DNA from: Formosa sp. Hel1_33_131
GTDB taxonomy: Bacteria > Bacteroidota > Bacteroidia > Flavobacteriales > Flavobacteriaceae
DNA length: 32,000 nucleotides
Direction: 5' to 3'
Assembly (NCBI RefSeq): GCF_001735745.1
Contig: NZ_CP017260.1
Coordinates: 780,001 to 812,000, forward strand
The notes beneath the pieces are model-generated. The model had not been told where the DNA came from. It saw only the letters and a list, made by a program, of their open reading frames with translations, and searched no databases. This document shows, piece by piece, positions 19,185 through 28,169 of this stretch. The first letter of the stretch is position 1. Each line of letters begins with the position of its first letter. Both the position numbers and the translations under genes were made by a program.

Positions 19185-19313
19185 GGAGTGTTTTGGACCT
19201 GTTGTTTGATAATTTAAAAAATCGGCTGAAGAAGGGGTGTTGTCATTGTTCTGAAAAGAAGTTATACTCGTTACTGAAAGCAACAAAATAACACATAAGG
19301 TAAAATGTTTCAT
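18210..19313 (-). CDS. Upstream fragment of the ChiA-like chitinase: signal peptide plus the N-terminal two-thirds of GH18 domain 1
   Basis: Signal peptide MKHFTLCVILLLSVTSITSF. GH18 catalytic motif DGFDLDWE. The ORF ends in a shifted frame (...GLYESECPKNNESSV followed by a stop) and overlaps the next ORF by 35 nt. Confidence 0.85.
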   Translation of the reverse strand: MKHFTLCVILLLSVTSITSFQNNDNTPSSADFLNYQTTGPKHSKIVIGYFAQWAIYARDFNVIDVEADKLTHVLYAFYNPVYDTSNDSASIQSLDPWADTGHDENNLLSNAAVKGNIGELKILKERNPHLKILISVGGWTKSQHFPEIAASQNARTTFAQSMVDFMTLYPWIDGFDLDWEFPITGGTEGQEKVNGLVIPAQPHTTNDHKNLVFLLKDIRAAFDSNGMQAKELSIAMGNNVTNAASQFIGPNNQAANNMTTNIMDYCNFVTCFGYDFGGNWYDKTCFNAPLFGGDNVNDPLHNPSGRNQVLDELIKLYLIEVGIPANKFVMGVPFYGKIFEGVAATGVDPNNPGLYESECPKNNESSV

Positions 19314-19373
19314 AAGCAGGTTTTTTAGTTCTGGGGAGAACTGTGGTTAGTAATATATTGTGGCATAATATAC

Positions 19374-19413
19374 AAAAACAGTGCCAAATATAAAATTTAG
19401 CACTGTTTTTTTT
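19374..19413 (-). terminator. Rho-independent-type hairpin (symmetric, bidirectional) just downstream of rpsJ
   Basis: AAAAACAGTGC - 15-nt loop - GCACTGTTTTTTTT. The GC core is 6 bp (19379-19384 with 19400-19405) and can extend through A/T pairs. A T-run follows the stem on both strands. It lies 46 nt after the rpsJ stop and 61 nt before the chitinase ATG. Confidence 0.5.
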
Positions 19414-19458
19414 ATTCAAAAATGTAGGTGTTAGTTTCAAAATCGACACCTGTCGTAA

Positions 19459-19764
19459 TTATACTTTAATTTCTACTTCTACACCACTCGGTAATTCAAG
19501 TTTCATCAAAGCATCAATTGTTTTGGATGAAGAACTATAAATATCTAGTAGTCTTTTGTAAGAGCTTAATTGAAATTGTTCTCTCGATTTTTTGTTAACG
19601 TGTGGAGAACGTAATACAGTGAAAAGTTTTTTGTGGGTTGGTAATGGGATTGGACCCGTTACGATAGCACCTGTACTTTTTACGGTTTTTACAATCTTAT
19701 CAGCAGACTTGTCTACTAAGTTATGATCGTAAGACTTTAATTTTATTCTGATTTTTTGACTCAT
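19459..19764 (-). CDS. rpsJ: 30S ribosomal protein S10
   Basis: [20 protein letters not shown]...[31 protein letters not shown]. Confidence 0.95.
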   Translation of the reverse strand: MSQKIRIKLKSYDHNLVDKSADKIVKTVKSTGAIVTGPIPLPTHKKLFTVLRSPHVNKKSREQFQLSSYKRLLDIYSSSSKTIDALMKLELPSGVEVEIKV

Positions 19765-19775
19765 GTTCTTAACTT

Positions 19776-21902
19776 TTAAGATTGGATTCCTTTAGCTTCT
19801 TTAATAACTTCTTCTGAGATGTTTGAAGGTGTTTCAGCATAGTGTGAAAATTCCATAGTGGAAGTTGCACGACCAGATGATAGCGTTCTTAAGGTGGTTA
19901 CATAACCAAACATTTCTGAAAGAGGCACTGTAGCTTTTACAGTTTTTGCTCCTGCTCTATCGCCCATGTCACTTACTTGTCCACGACGACGGTTAAGGTC
20001 TCCTACAATATCTCCCATATTTTCCTCAGGAGTAATAACTTCTAATTTCATGATTGGTTCCATGATCACTGCTTTGGCTGCTTTGGCTGAATTTTTAAAT
20101 CCAAGCTTCGCGGCTAATTCAAAAGAGAGTTGATCCGAATCCACATCGTGGTAAGATCCATCTTTTAAAGTCACTTTTACAGCATCCACTTCGTAACCAG
20201 CAAGCGGCCCATTGACCATTGCCATTTTGAATCCTTTTTCAATAGAAGGAATAAATTCTTTAGGTACATTTCCACCCTTGATCGCAGATACAAACTGAAG
20301 TCCTACAACACCTTCGTCTGCTGGCTCAATTGTAAATACGATGTCCGCAAATTTTCCACGACCACCAGATTGTTTCTTGTAAACTTCTCTGTGATTAGCC
20401 GATTGTGTAATTGCTTCTTTAAATTCAACTTGTGGTTGACCTTGATTTACTTCTACTTTAAATTCACGACGTAAACGATCTACAATGACATCTAAGTGCA
20501 ATTCACCCATTCCTGAAATAATCGTTTGCCCTGAAGCTTCGTCAGAACGAACTGTAAACGTTGGATCTTCTTCAGCTAATTTACCAAGACCGATACCTAG
20601 TTTATCAACATCTGCTTTGGTCTTTGGTTCCACTGCGATACCAATTACGGGATCCGGGAAGTCCATAGATTCTAAAACAATAGGATGTTTTTCAGCTGAT
20701 AATGTATCTCCTGTTTTGATGGATTTAAATCCAACAGCAGCTCCAATATCTCCAGCTTCGATATAGTCAATTGCATTTTGCTTGTTTGCATGCATTTGGT
20801 AGATACGTGAAATACGTTCTTTTTTACCAGAACGGTTATTTAACACATACGACCCTGCATCTAAACGACCAGAATAAACACGGAAAAAAGCTAAACGTCC
20901 TACGAAAGGATCGGTTGCAATTTTAAATGCTAGTGCCGCAAACGGCTCTTTTACATCTGGCTTGCGTATTTCTTCTAATTCAGTATCTGGATTCATACCC
21001 ACAATACCTTCTTTGTCTGTTGGAGCAGGTAAATAACGACATACAGCATCTAAAAGAAACTGAACTCCTTTATTTTTAAATGCGGAACCACAGATCATAG
21101 GAATGATGGCCATGTCCATAACAGCAGCTCTCAATGCATTGTGCACTTCTTCTTCTGTAATAGAATCTTCATCTTCCATGAATTTCTCTAAAAGATCTTC
21201 ATCGTAACTTGCTACTTCTTCAATTAGCTTCGCACGAAGGATTTTTGCTTCTTCTTTAAGATCATCAGGAATATCAACAACATCAAAAGTTGCTCCCATT
21301 CCTTCTTCATGCCAGATAATAGCACGGTTCTTAACTAAATCTACAATACCTTTAAAATCTTCTTCATCACCAATATTCAAAACAATAGGCACTGCATTAG
21401 AGCCTAACATTTCTTTTACTTGGCTACAAACCATCATAAAATCAGATCCTTGACGGTCCATTTTATTGACGAAACCAATTCTTGGCACTTTATAGTTGTC
21501 GGCCAGTCTCCAGTTTGTTTCAGATTGAGGCTCAACACCATCAACTGCACTAAACAAGAATACTAAACCATCAAGCACACGTAAAGATCGATTTACTTCA
21601 ACAGTAAAATCAACGTGGCCTGGAGTATCAATAATATTAAAATGGTAGTCCTTCGCATCTTCCGTAGGCTTGCCATTTTCTGTAGGGAATTCCCATTCAC
21701 AGGTGGTTGCAGCAGACGTAATAGTAATACCACGTTCTTGCTCTTGTTCCATCCAGTCCATTGTTGCAGCACCATCATGTACTTCACCAATTTTGTGAGA
21801 AACTCCTGTATAATAAAGAATACGCTCCGTTGTAGTGGTTTTTCCTGCATCAATGTGCGCAGCAATCCCAATATTTCTTGTGAATCTTAAATCTCTTGCC
21901 AT
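19776..21902 (-). CDS. fusA: elongation factor G
   Basis: 708 aa. G1 motif [19 protein letters not shown], then DTPGHVDF and NKMDR. Confidence 0.97.
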   Translation of the reverse strand: MARDLRFTRNIGIAAHIDAGKTTTTERILYYTGVSHKIGEVHDGAATMDWMEQEQERGITITSAATTCEWEFPTENGKPTEDAKDYHFNIIDTPGHVDFTVEVNRSLRVLDGLVFLFSAVDGVEPQSETNWRLADNYKVPRIGFVNKMDRQGSDFMMVCSQVKEMLGSNAVPIVLNIGDEEDFKGIVDLVKNRAIIWHEEGMGATFDVVDIPDDLKEEAKILRAKLIEEVASYDEDLLEKFMEDEDSITEEEVHNALRAAVMDMAIIPMICGSAFKNKGVQFLLDAVCRYLPAPTDKEGIVGMNPDTELEEIRKPDVKEPFAALAFKIATDPFVGRLAFFRVYSGRLDAGSYVLNNRSGKKERISRIYQMHANKQNAIDYIEAGDIGAAVGFKSIKTGDTLSAEKHPIVLESMDFPDPVIGIAVEPKTKADVDKLGIGLGKLAEEDPTFTVRSDEASGQTIISGMGELHLDVIVDRLRREFKVEVNQGQPQVEFKEAITQSANHREVYKKQSGGRGKFADIVFTIEPADEGVVGLQFVSAIKGGNVPKEFIPSIEKGFKMAMVNGPLAGYEVDAVKVTLKDGSYHDVDSDQLSFELAAKLGFKNSAKAAKAVIMEPIMKLEVITPEENMGDIVGDLNRRRGQVSDMGDRAGAKTVKATVPLSEMFGYVTTLRTLSSGRATSTMEFSHYAETPSNISEEVIKEAKGIQS

Positions 21903-21908
21903 CTCTAA

Positions 21909-22385
21909 TTAAAATCTAAAGTGTGAGAATGCTTTATTCGCTTCAGCCATCTTGTGAGTGTCTGTACGTTTTTTAACAGCAGCACCTTCTTCTTTAGCCG
22001 CAGCTAAAACTTCAGAGGCTAACTTTAAAGCCATAGATTTTTCATTACGTTTTCTTGAAAAACTAATCAACCACTTCATCGCAGTTGATATTTTACGATC
22101 TGGTCGTATTTGCATTGGAATTTGGAAGGTGGCACCTCCAACACGACGGCTACGTACTTCTACGTGTGGCATCACATTAGATAGAGCATCTTTCCAGATT
22201 TCTAAAGCTGTTTTTTCTTCGTCAGTTTTCTTTTCGTCAACGATTTCAATCGCATCATAAAAAATTTTGAATGCGGTTGACTTTTTGCCATCCCACATCA
22301 TCATGTTAACGAAACGTGTTACCAATTGATCGTTAAATTTCGGATCTGGCAACAGCGGTCTTTTTTTCGCTTGTTTTTTTCTCAT
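21909..22385 (-). CDS. rpsG: 30S ribosomal protein S7
   Basis: 158 aa, [24 protein letters not shown]...[16 protein letters not shown]. Confidence 0.95.
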   Translation of the reverse strand: MRKKQAKKRPLLPDPKFNDQLVTRFVNMMMWDGKKSTAFKIFYDAIEIVDEKKTDEEKTALEIWKDALSNVMPHVEVRSRRVGGATFQIPMQIRPDRKISTAMKWLISFSRKRNEKSMALKLASEVLAAAKEEGAAVKKRTDTHKMAEANKAFSHFRF

Positions 22386-22405
22386 GTCTTCTTAATTAAA
22401 AATAA

Positions 22406-22780
22406 TTATTTCTTAGGGCGTTTTGCACCATACTTAGATCTACGTTGTGTACGACCTGAAACACCTGCGGTGTCTAAAGCCCCACGTACAATGTGGTATC
22501 TAACTCCTGGTAAATCTTTTACCCTTCCACCTCTAACTAATACTATCGAGTGCTCTTGTAAATTATGTCCTTCACCACCGATGTATGCGTTGACTTCGTT
22601 TCCATTTGTCAACCTAACTCTTGCAACTTTACGCATTGCTGAATTTGGTTTTTTTGGAGTCGTCGTGTAAACACGAGTACACACACCACGTCGCTGAGGA
22701 CAAGAATTTAAAGCAGCCGATTTACTCTTCTTAGTTATTTTGGCTCTTCCTTTTCTTACTAATTGTGAAATTGTTGGCAT
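22406..22780 (-). CDS. rpsL: 30S ribosomal protein S12
   Basis: [12 protein letters not shown]...[20 protein letters not shown]...[19 protein letters not shown]. Confidence 0.97.
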   Translation of the reverse strand: MPTISQLVRKGRAKITKKSKSAALNSCPQRRGVCTRVYTTTPKKPNSAMRKVARVRLTNGNEVNAYIGGEGHNLQEHSIVLVRGGRVKDLPGVRYHIVRGALDTAGVSGRTQRRSKYGAKRPKK

Positions 22781-22824
22781 ATTCTATATACTGTTTTTTT
22801 TAAAATCCTCTTCTTAGAGGGCTG

Positions 22825-22855
22825 CAAAGGTACACATTAAAATGAATTATTCAAA
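22825..22855 (-). promoter_or_regulatory. Bacteroidota sigma-A promoter of the str/ribosomal cluster
   Basis: The minus strand reads TTTG (22852-22855), a 19-nt spacer, then TACCTTTG (22825-22832). This is an exact match to the TTTG-N19-21-TAnnTTTG consensus. The -7 box ends 44 nt upstream of the rpsL ATG. Confidence 0.55.
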
Positions 22856-22949
22856 TCATAACCCTATAATTTTAAAATATTTACGTTTTTTTTTGCTGAT
22901 TAAATATTTAGAAACCTTTTTACGTTAGATTTACATTGAAATTATAAAT

Positions 22950-24638
22950 GTGACGCGTCAATTGAAATTATTAGTTAGGATTTTATGTGTTTTTGGAGTT
23001 TTTAGTTGGAGTACTGCACAGCAGCTTCAATTAAAAATGATCAGCAATGACTCTATTGAAACAAACACAATCAACACTATAGGGTATCCGAAAACTTTTG
23101 AAAACTTCGCGGCACTAGAAGCTCAAGTTGAATCCTTTAAAGACCAATTGTACAAACGCGGTTATATCGAAGCGCGCGTTTTTGAGATTTCTCAAACCCC
23201 ACCTTTAATCATTGCCAAGCTATCCCTTGGTCCAAAATACGAATCTATTAGACTCTATGCCGATAAAACCCTTTTTGAGTTTTTAGAATTGGAAGGTGTC
23301 AAGAATCTTGAAAGTACTCCTTATTATATTGTAGAAGTTTCAGCGCTCGAAACACTCCTCAATTCACTCACTGAGTTTTTAACCGCAAAAAGCTATCCCT
23401 TTGCTTCCGTTTCATTGAAAAAGATAAAGCCTATTGGCAAGTCCACACTCAGAGCAGATTTATATGTAGAAACAAAACAGTCCCGACAACTTCAATCTGT
23501 GGAGATTAAAGGGTATGAGAAATTCCCCCGTTCATTTATCAAACACTACTTAGGCATTAAAAAAAATACGCCTTTTGACCTTAAAGCGATTCAAACTAAA
23601 ACCGAAGCACTGAACCAGCTTCGGTTCACCAAACAACTTCGACCCGCAGAAGTACTATTTACACAGGATACGACGCGTGTCTATTTATATTTAGAAAAAA
23701 TAAAAAGCAATCGTTTTGATGGGTTTTTGGGATTTGGTTCAGATGAGACGACCGGAAATTTAGATCTCAATGGCTACCTCAATCTAAACTTAGTAAACAA
23801 TTTAAATTTTGGAGAATCTTTTCGTCTTAATTATAGGAGTGATGAAAATGACCTGAAAACATTTGAGGCACAACTCACCCTCCCCTACTTATTTAAAACC
23901 CCCATCGGTAGTGAGCTAGAATTAAATATATTTAAAAAAGACAGCACCTTCACCACAGCCGAACAAGCGGCCAGTCTGTATTACCAACTCAACCCAAAAC
24001 AGAAAGTCTTTTTGGGGATTCGGTCCACGCAGTCGAATGCTTTATTGCCAGAAACGATTAGCGATGTACGTGACTATAAAACGAGTGCATACGAACTCAA
24101 ATACACCTACCAAGAACTCACACCCCAAAATTTGCTATTTCCTCTAAGCAACGCATTAGAGTTTCGTTTGTCTAAATCTAATCGAAAAACTATAGACACA
24201 AAAACGAATCAAATAGCGTATTTTTTAAAGGCTTCTAAAATTTTTAACCTGAATCGTAAGAATAGTTTTTATCTGCGACTTCAGGTGCAGGGCATTGATT
24301 CAGAAAACTATTTATTAAACGAACTCATCCGGTTTGGAGGCATCAACTCCGTCAGAGGATTTGAAGAAAATAGCATCAATGCTACAAATTTAGGGGTTTT
24401 GGCTTCCGAATACCGTTACCAACTAAGCTCTAGTCTTTATATACACTCTGTCATAGATGCCGCCTATTTTGAAACACCTACACAATCGAATCAAAAACTC
24501 TATGGGTTTGGGTTTGGATTTGGACTCCTTACAGAAGCGGGTCTCTTGAGATTCAACTTAGCCAATGGGAAAACAGAAGAACAAAACTTCAAGTTCTCGG
24601 ATTCTAAAATACACCTAAGCTTAACAGCTACTTTCTAA
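22950..24638 (+). CDS. Omp85-superfamily (TpsB/ShlB-like or BamA-like) outer-membrane beta-barrel protein
   Basis: 562 aa with signal peptide ...ILCVFGVFSWSTAQQ. It has an N-terminal POTRA-sized region and a C-terminal region of alternating amphipathic strands. It carries an L6-loop-type motif GGINSVRGFEENS and ends in a C-terminal Phe (LSLTATF). The start codon is non-ATG (GTG at 22950 or TTG at 22962), so the exact start is uncertain. Confidence 0.6.
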   Translation: MTRQLKLLVRILCVFGVFSWSTAQQLQLKMISNDSIETNTINTIGYPKTFENFAALEAQVESFKDQLYKRGYIEARVFEISQTPPLIIAKLSLGPKYESIRLYADKTLFEFLELEGVKNLESTPYYIVEVSALETLLNSLTEFLTAKSYPFASVSLKKIKPIGKSTLRADLYVETKQSRQLQSVEIKGYEKFPRSFIKHYLGIKKNTPFDLKAIQTKTEALNQLRFTKQLRPAEVLFTQDTTRVYLYLEKIKSNRFDGFLGFGSDETTGNLDLNGYLNLNLVNNLNFGESFRLNYRSDENDLKTFEAQLTLPYLFKTPIGSELELNIFKKDSTFTTAEQAASLYYQLNPKQKVFLGIRSTQSNALLPETISDVRDYKTSAYELKYTYQELTPQNLLFPLSNALEFRLSKSNRKTIDTKTNQIAYFLKASKIFNLNRKNSFYLRLQVQGIDSENYLLNELIRFGGINSVRGFEENSINATNLGVLASEYRYQLSSSLYIHSVIDAAYFETPTQSNQKLYGFGFGFGLLTEAGLLRFNLANGKTEEQNFKFSDSKIHLSLTATF

Positions 24639-24900
24639 ACAACTTCTTAGAGTGACATTTTTTGTTGTGTTAAAACAGCAAAAAAATAACTGAGATTAAA
24701 GCTTTTTTAGTCCACAAATACAACTTTAAGTTCAATTTAATATATTAATATACAATTAAATATTATACTAAACAATTTTTTTGTGAAATATTCAATCAAA
24801 AGCATATTTGTTTATTTTAATTAAAATTTTGTTAAACAAAATTTAGGATTTTAACACTTTTATCATCAAGTTTGCGGATATCAAATTAAAACAAACTAAA

Positions 24901-27900
24901 ATGAAAACAAAATTTAATGTAATGCTCTCGCTGTTACTGGCGTTTGTAATTCAAATTTCTTTTGCACAGCAAAAGGATGTTTCAGGAACAGTTACTGATA
25001 CTGACGGTATGCCCTTAATAGGCGCCACTGTTATTATTTCAGGAACTTCTTCAGGAACAACAACAGATTTTGATGGGAAATTCAGTATCAGCTCTTCAGT
25101 TGGTGATACTTTAACCATCAGTTATCTAGGTTATACCGATCAGGTTGTAGCCGTCAATGACACAAGCAGTATAGCTGTTGTCATGCAAGAAGATGACTCT
25201 CAACTTGATGAAGTTGTAGTCACAGCTCTTGGAATTTCAAGAGACAAAAAGTCTGTTGGTTATGCTTCTCAACAAATAGGTGGTGATGCAGTATCTACTG
25301 TTAAAGTAGATAACATTGCGAGCTCACTTTCTGGAAAAATTAGTGGTGTGCAAATCAAAACCAATAACAACTTTGGTGGATCTGCAAACTTTCTAATTAG
25401 AGGGGTTAGTTCTTTAACAGGAAACAACCAACCTTTATTTGTTGTCGATGGAATTCCAATATCTAACAACCTTAACAATTCAGCCCAACAAACAGGCGGT
25501 CGTAAAGGGTATGATTATGGAAATGCTGCAATGGACATCAATCCAGATGACGTAGATTCTATCAACATCTTGAAAGGTGCTGCTGCATCTGCAATTTACG
25601 GTTCACGTGGAGCCAATGGTGTTGTTATTATTACAACTAAAAAGGGAGGACAAGGGAAAACGAAAGTTACTGTAACTTCTAGTGCACAGATTGGTTCTAT
25701 TGACAAAAGTACTTTTATTAAGTACCAAGATCAGTATGGAGCAGGATATGGTACGTATTACGGTTCAACAGGATATTTCGAAGACTGGGATATGACTGGC
25801 GACGGAAATGACAACTTAGTCGTACCAACTTACGATGATGCTTCTTTTGGAGCGCCTTTAGATGGTTCACTCGTTTACCAATGGGATTCTTTTGTTCCTG
25901 AACACAGAAACTTTGGAAAAGCGACTCCTTACGTTGCTGGACAAACGACTCCAGTAGATTTTTTCGAAACAGCAACTCAATTTAACAACTCTGTGAGTAT
26001 CTCTGGTGGAGATGACAAAACGAGTTACAGATTAGGGTATACCAATTCTGAAATTAGTGGGTACATGCCAAATTCTAAATTAAACAAAAACAGTTTAAAC
26101 TTTAGTGGAACCTTAAAAGTGAATGACAAAATCACTGTTGGTTCTTCTGCTAACTATTTAGTTCAGCAAACTGTCGGAAGAAATTCTACAGGATATGGTG
26201 ATAACTTAATGGCTCAGTTTAGACAATGGTGGCAAGTAAATGTTGACCTTAAAGATCAAGAAGATATCTTTAACAAGACAGGAAAAAACTACTCTTGGAA
26301 TAACGAAGGTGCACTTACAGGACCTGGTTCAGGTGGCGAACTTGTACCACATTACTGGGATAACCCTTACTGGACTCGTTACAAAAACTTCCAGTCAGAT
26401 GAAAGAAATCGTTTCTTTGGAAATGTTTTTGCAACACTTGAAATTAACGACTGGTTAAGCGTAACTGCTAAAGGAGCTGTTGATACTTATAATGAATTGA
26501 GAGAAGAGCGTAGAGCTATTGGTTCTGTTGCAACTCAGTTTGGTATTTTAGGTGATGATGAAGGATCAGGATACGATAGAGTAGACATCCTTTTCTCTGA
26601 GTATAACTATGATTTAATGTTCAACGTTAACAAGCAGTTAACTGATGATTTAAGTTTAGACGGTGTATTTGGAATTAATGTTAGAAAAGAAAGCTATAGC
26701 TACTTAAGAAATTCAACTGCTGGTGGCTTGGCAATTCCTAACATCTTTGCACTTTCTAATTCTTTAAGTTCAAATCCAAAACCGATTGAAAGCTTAAGAG
26801 AAAAGCAAGTGAACGGATATTACGCTCAAGCATCTTTGGGATATAAGAACATCTTATATCTAGATCTTACAGATCGTATTGATGTATCTTCAGCACTTCC
26901 ATCTGAAAATAACAGCTACAACTATTATGCTGCAAGTTCAAGTTTAATATTCTCTAAATTAGTGGATGTTGAATGGTTAAACTTTGGTAAATTAAGAGCA
27001 GGTTATGCAGAGGTAGGTAATGATTTACCAGCTGGAAACGTAAATGATACTTACTCTACTCTGAATAATTTCGGAAATGCAAGTTTGTTCTCTTATGGTT
27101 CCACAAAAAACAACGCAACTTTAAAGCCTGAAAGAACAAGGGAAATTGAAGTTGGTTTAGAAGCAAAAATGTTTAATAACAAAGTTGGGTTTGACTTATC
27201 TTGGTATAAGAAAAACACTGAAGACCAATTGATGCCTGCATCCGTAACAACTTCTACTGGGTTTTCAAACAGATGGGTAAATGCTGGAGAAATCCAAAAT
27301 AAAGGTGTTGAAATTGGCGCTTATGCAACTCCATTTGAAAATGACAACTTTAGCTGGGACGTCACTGTTAACTGGGCTAAAAATGAAAGTTTAGTCGTTG
27401 ATTTATATGGAGACCAAGAGAACTTACAATTAAACAGTTTTCAAGGTGGAATTTCAATCAATGCTACCGTTGGACAACCTTACGGTACGATTAGAGGAAC
27501 AGGATTCAACATGCATGAAAATGGTGAAAGAATCGTAAACTCTAGTGGATACTATGAAGCAGTTGCGGATCAAATCATTGGGGATGTAAATCCTGAATGG
27601 AATGGTGGTATCACAAATACATTCAAGTATAAAGACTTCAAATTATCTTTCTTGATTGATATTCAACAAGGTGGTGATGTATACTCTTTAGACATGCACT
27701 ACGGACAAGGTACTGGTTTACCAGACTTTACAACAGGAACTAACGATCTTGGAAACCCAATTAGAAACACACTCGCAAATGGTGGTGGTGTTATTCTTCC
27801 TGGTGTAACTGCAGATGGAGCTCCAAACACTACAAGAGCAAGAACAGATTATTATGGTGGAATTTGGTATTGGGGTAACTCTTCAAGAAACCCAGCTGAA

Positions 27901-28158
27901 CTGACTGTATATGACGCATCTTACATCAAATTGAGAGAATTAACACTTAGTTATGAACTTCCAGTTAGTAAGTGGACTAAAGGATCAATTGCTAAAGGTA
28001 GCTTAACGCTAATCGGAAGAAACCTTTGGATTATTGATAAAAACGTTCCTTTTGCAGATCCAGAATCTGGTTTAGGAGCTGGAAACGCTCAAGGATACCT
28101 TTCAGGATCTTTCCCTACTCTAAGAACAGTAGGACTTAATTTAAATTTAGAATTTTAA
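24901..28158 (+). CDS. SusC/RagA-family TonB-dependent outer-membrane transporter
   Basis: 1085 aa with a signal peptide ending FAQQ. CarboxypepD_reg-like domain VSGTVTDTDGMPLIGATVIISGTSSGTTTDFDGKFSI. Plug region LDEVVVTALGISRDKKSVGYA...NILKGAAASAIYGSRGANGVVIITTKKG. C-terminal strand VGLNLNLEF. Confidence 0.92.
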   Translation: MKTKFNVMLSLLLAFVIQISFAQQKDVSGTVTDTDGMPLIGATVIISGTSSGTTTDFDGKFSISSSVGDTLTISYLGYTDQVVAVNDTSSIAVVMQEDDSQLDEVVVTALGISRDKKSVGYASQQIGGDAVSTVKVDNIASSLSGKISGVQIKTNNNFGGSANFLIRGVSSLTGNNQPLFVVDGIPISNNLNNSAQQTGGRKGYDYGNAAMDINPDDVDSINILKGAAASAIYGSRGANGVVIITTKKGGQGKTKVTVTSSAQIGSIDKSTFIKYQDQYGAGYGTYYGSTGYFEDWDMTGDGNDNLVVPTYDDASFGAPLDGSLVYQWDSFVPEHRNFGKATPYVAGQTTPVDFFETATQFNNSVSISGGDDKTSYRLGYTNSEISGYMPNSKLNKNSLNFSGTLKVNDKITVGSSANYLVQQTVGRNSTGYGDNLMAQFRQWWQVNVDLKDQEDIFNKTGKNYSWNNEGALTGPGSGGELVPHYWDNPYWTRYKNFQSDERNRFFGNVFATLEINDWLSVTAKGAVDTYNELREERRAIGSVATQFGILGDDEGSGYDRVDILFSEYNYDLMFNVNKQLTDDLSLDGVFGINVRKESYSYLRNSTAGGLAIPNIFALSNSLSSNPKPIESLREKQVNGYYAQASLGYKNILYLDLTDRIDVSSALPSENNSYNYYAASSSLIFSKLVDVEWLNFGKLRAGYAEVGNDLPAGNVNDTYSTLNNFGNASLFSYGSTKNNATLKPERTREIEVGLEAKMFNNKVGFDLSWYKKNTEDQLMPASVTTSTGFSNRWVNAGEIQNKGVEIGAYATPFENDNFSWDVTVNWAKNESLVVDLYGDQENLQLNSFQGGISINATVGQPYGTIRGTGFNMHENGERIVNSSGYYEAVADQIIGDVNPEWNGGITNTFKYKDFKLSFLIDIQQGGDVYSLDMHYGQGTGLPDFTTGTNDLGNPIRNTLANGGGVILPGVTADGAPNTTRARTDYYGGIWYWGNSSRNPAELTVYDASYIKLRELTLSYELPVSKWTKGSIAKGSLTLIGRNLWIIDKNVPFADPESGLGAGNAQGYLSGSFPTLRTVGLNLNLEF

Positions 28159-28169
28159 CAATATAAAAG

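Noticed and set aside
19243-19449. A 68-aa minus-strand ORF spanning the rpsJ-chitinase intergenic region.
   Set aside because: It runs through the terminator hairpin and overlaps the chitinase start in another frame. Its sequence (…FYIWHCFCILCHNILL…) is typical of AT-rich noise.
24639-24900. A 262-bp AT-rich region upstream of the first SusC gene, scanned for a promoter, an operator or a terminator of the Omp85-like gene.
   Set aside because: I found no exact TAnnTTTG box with a correctly spaced TTTG. The only hairpin is very weak (ACAAC/GTTGT with a 21-nt loop). Nothing here can be supported from sequence alone.
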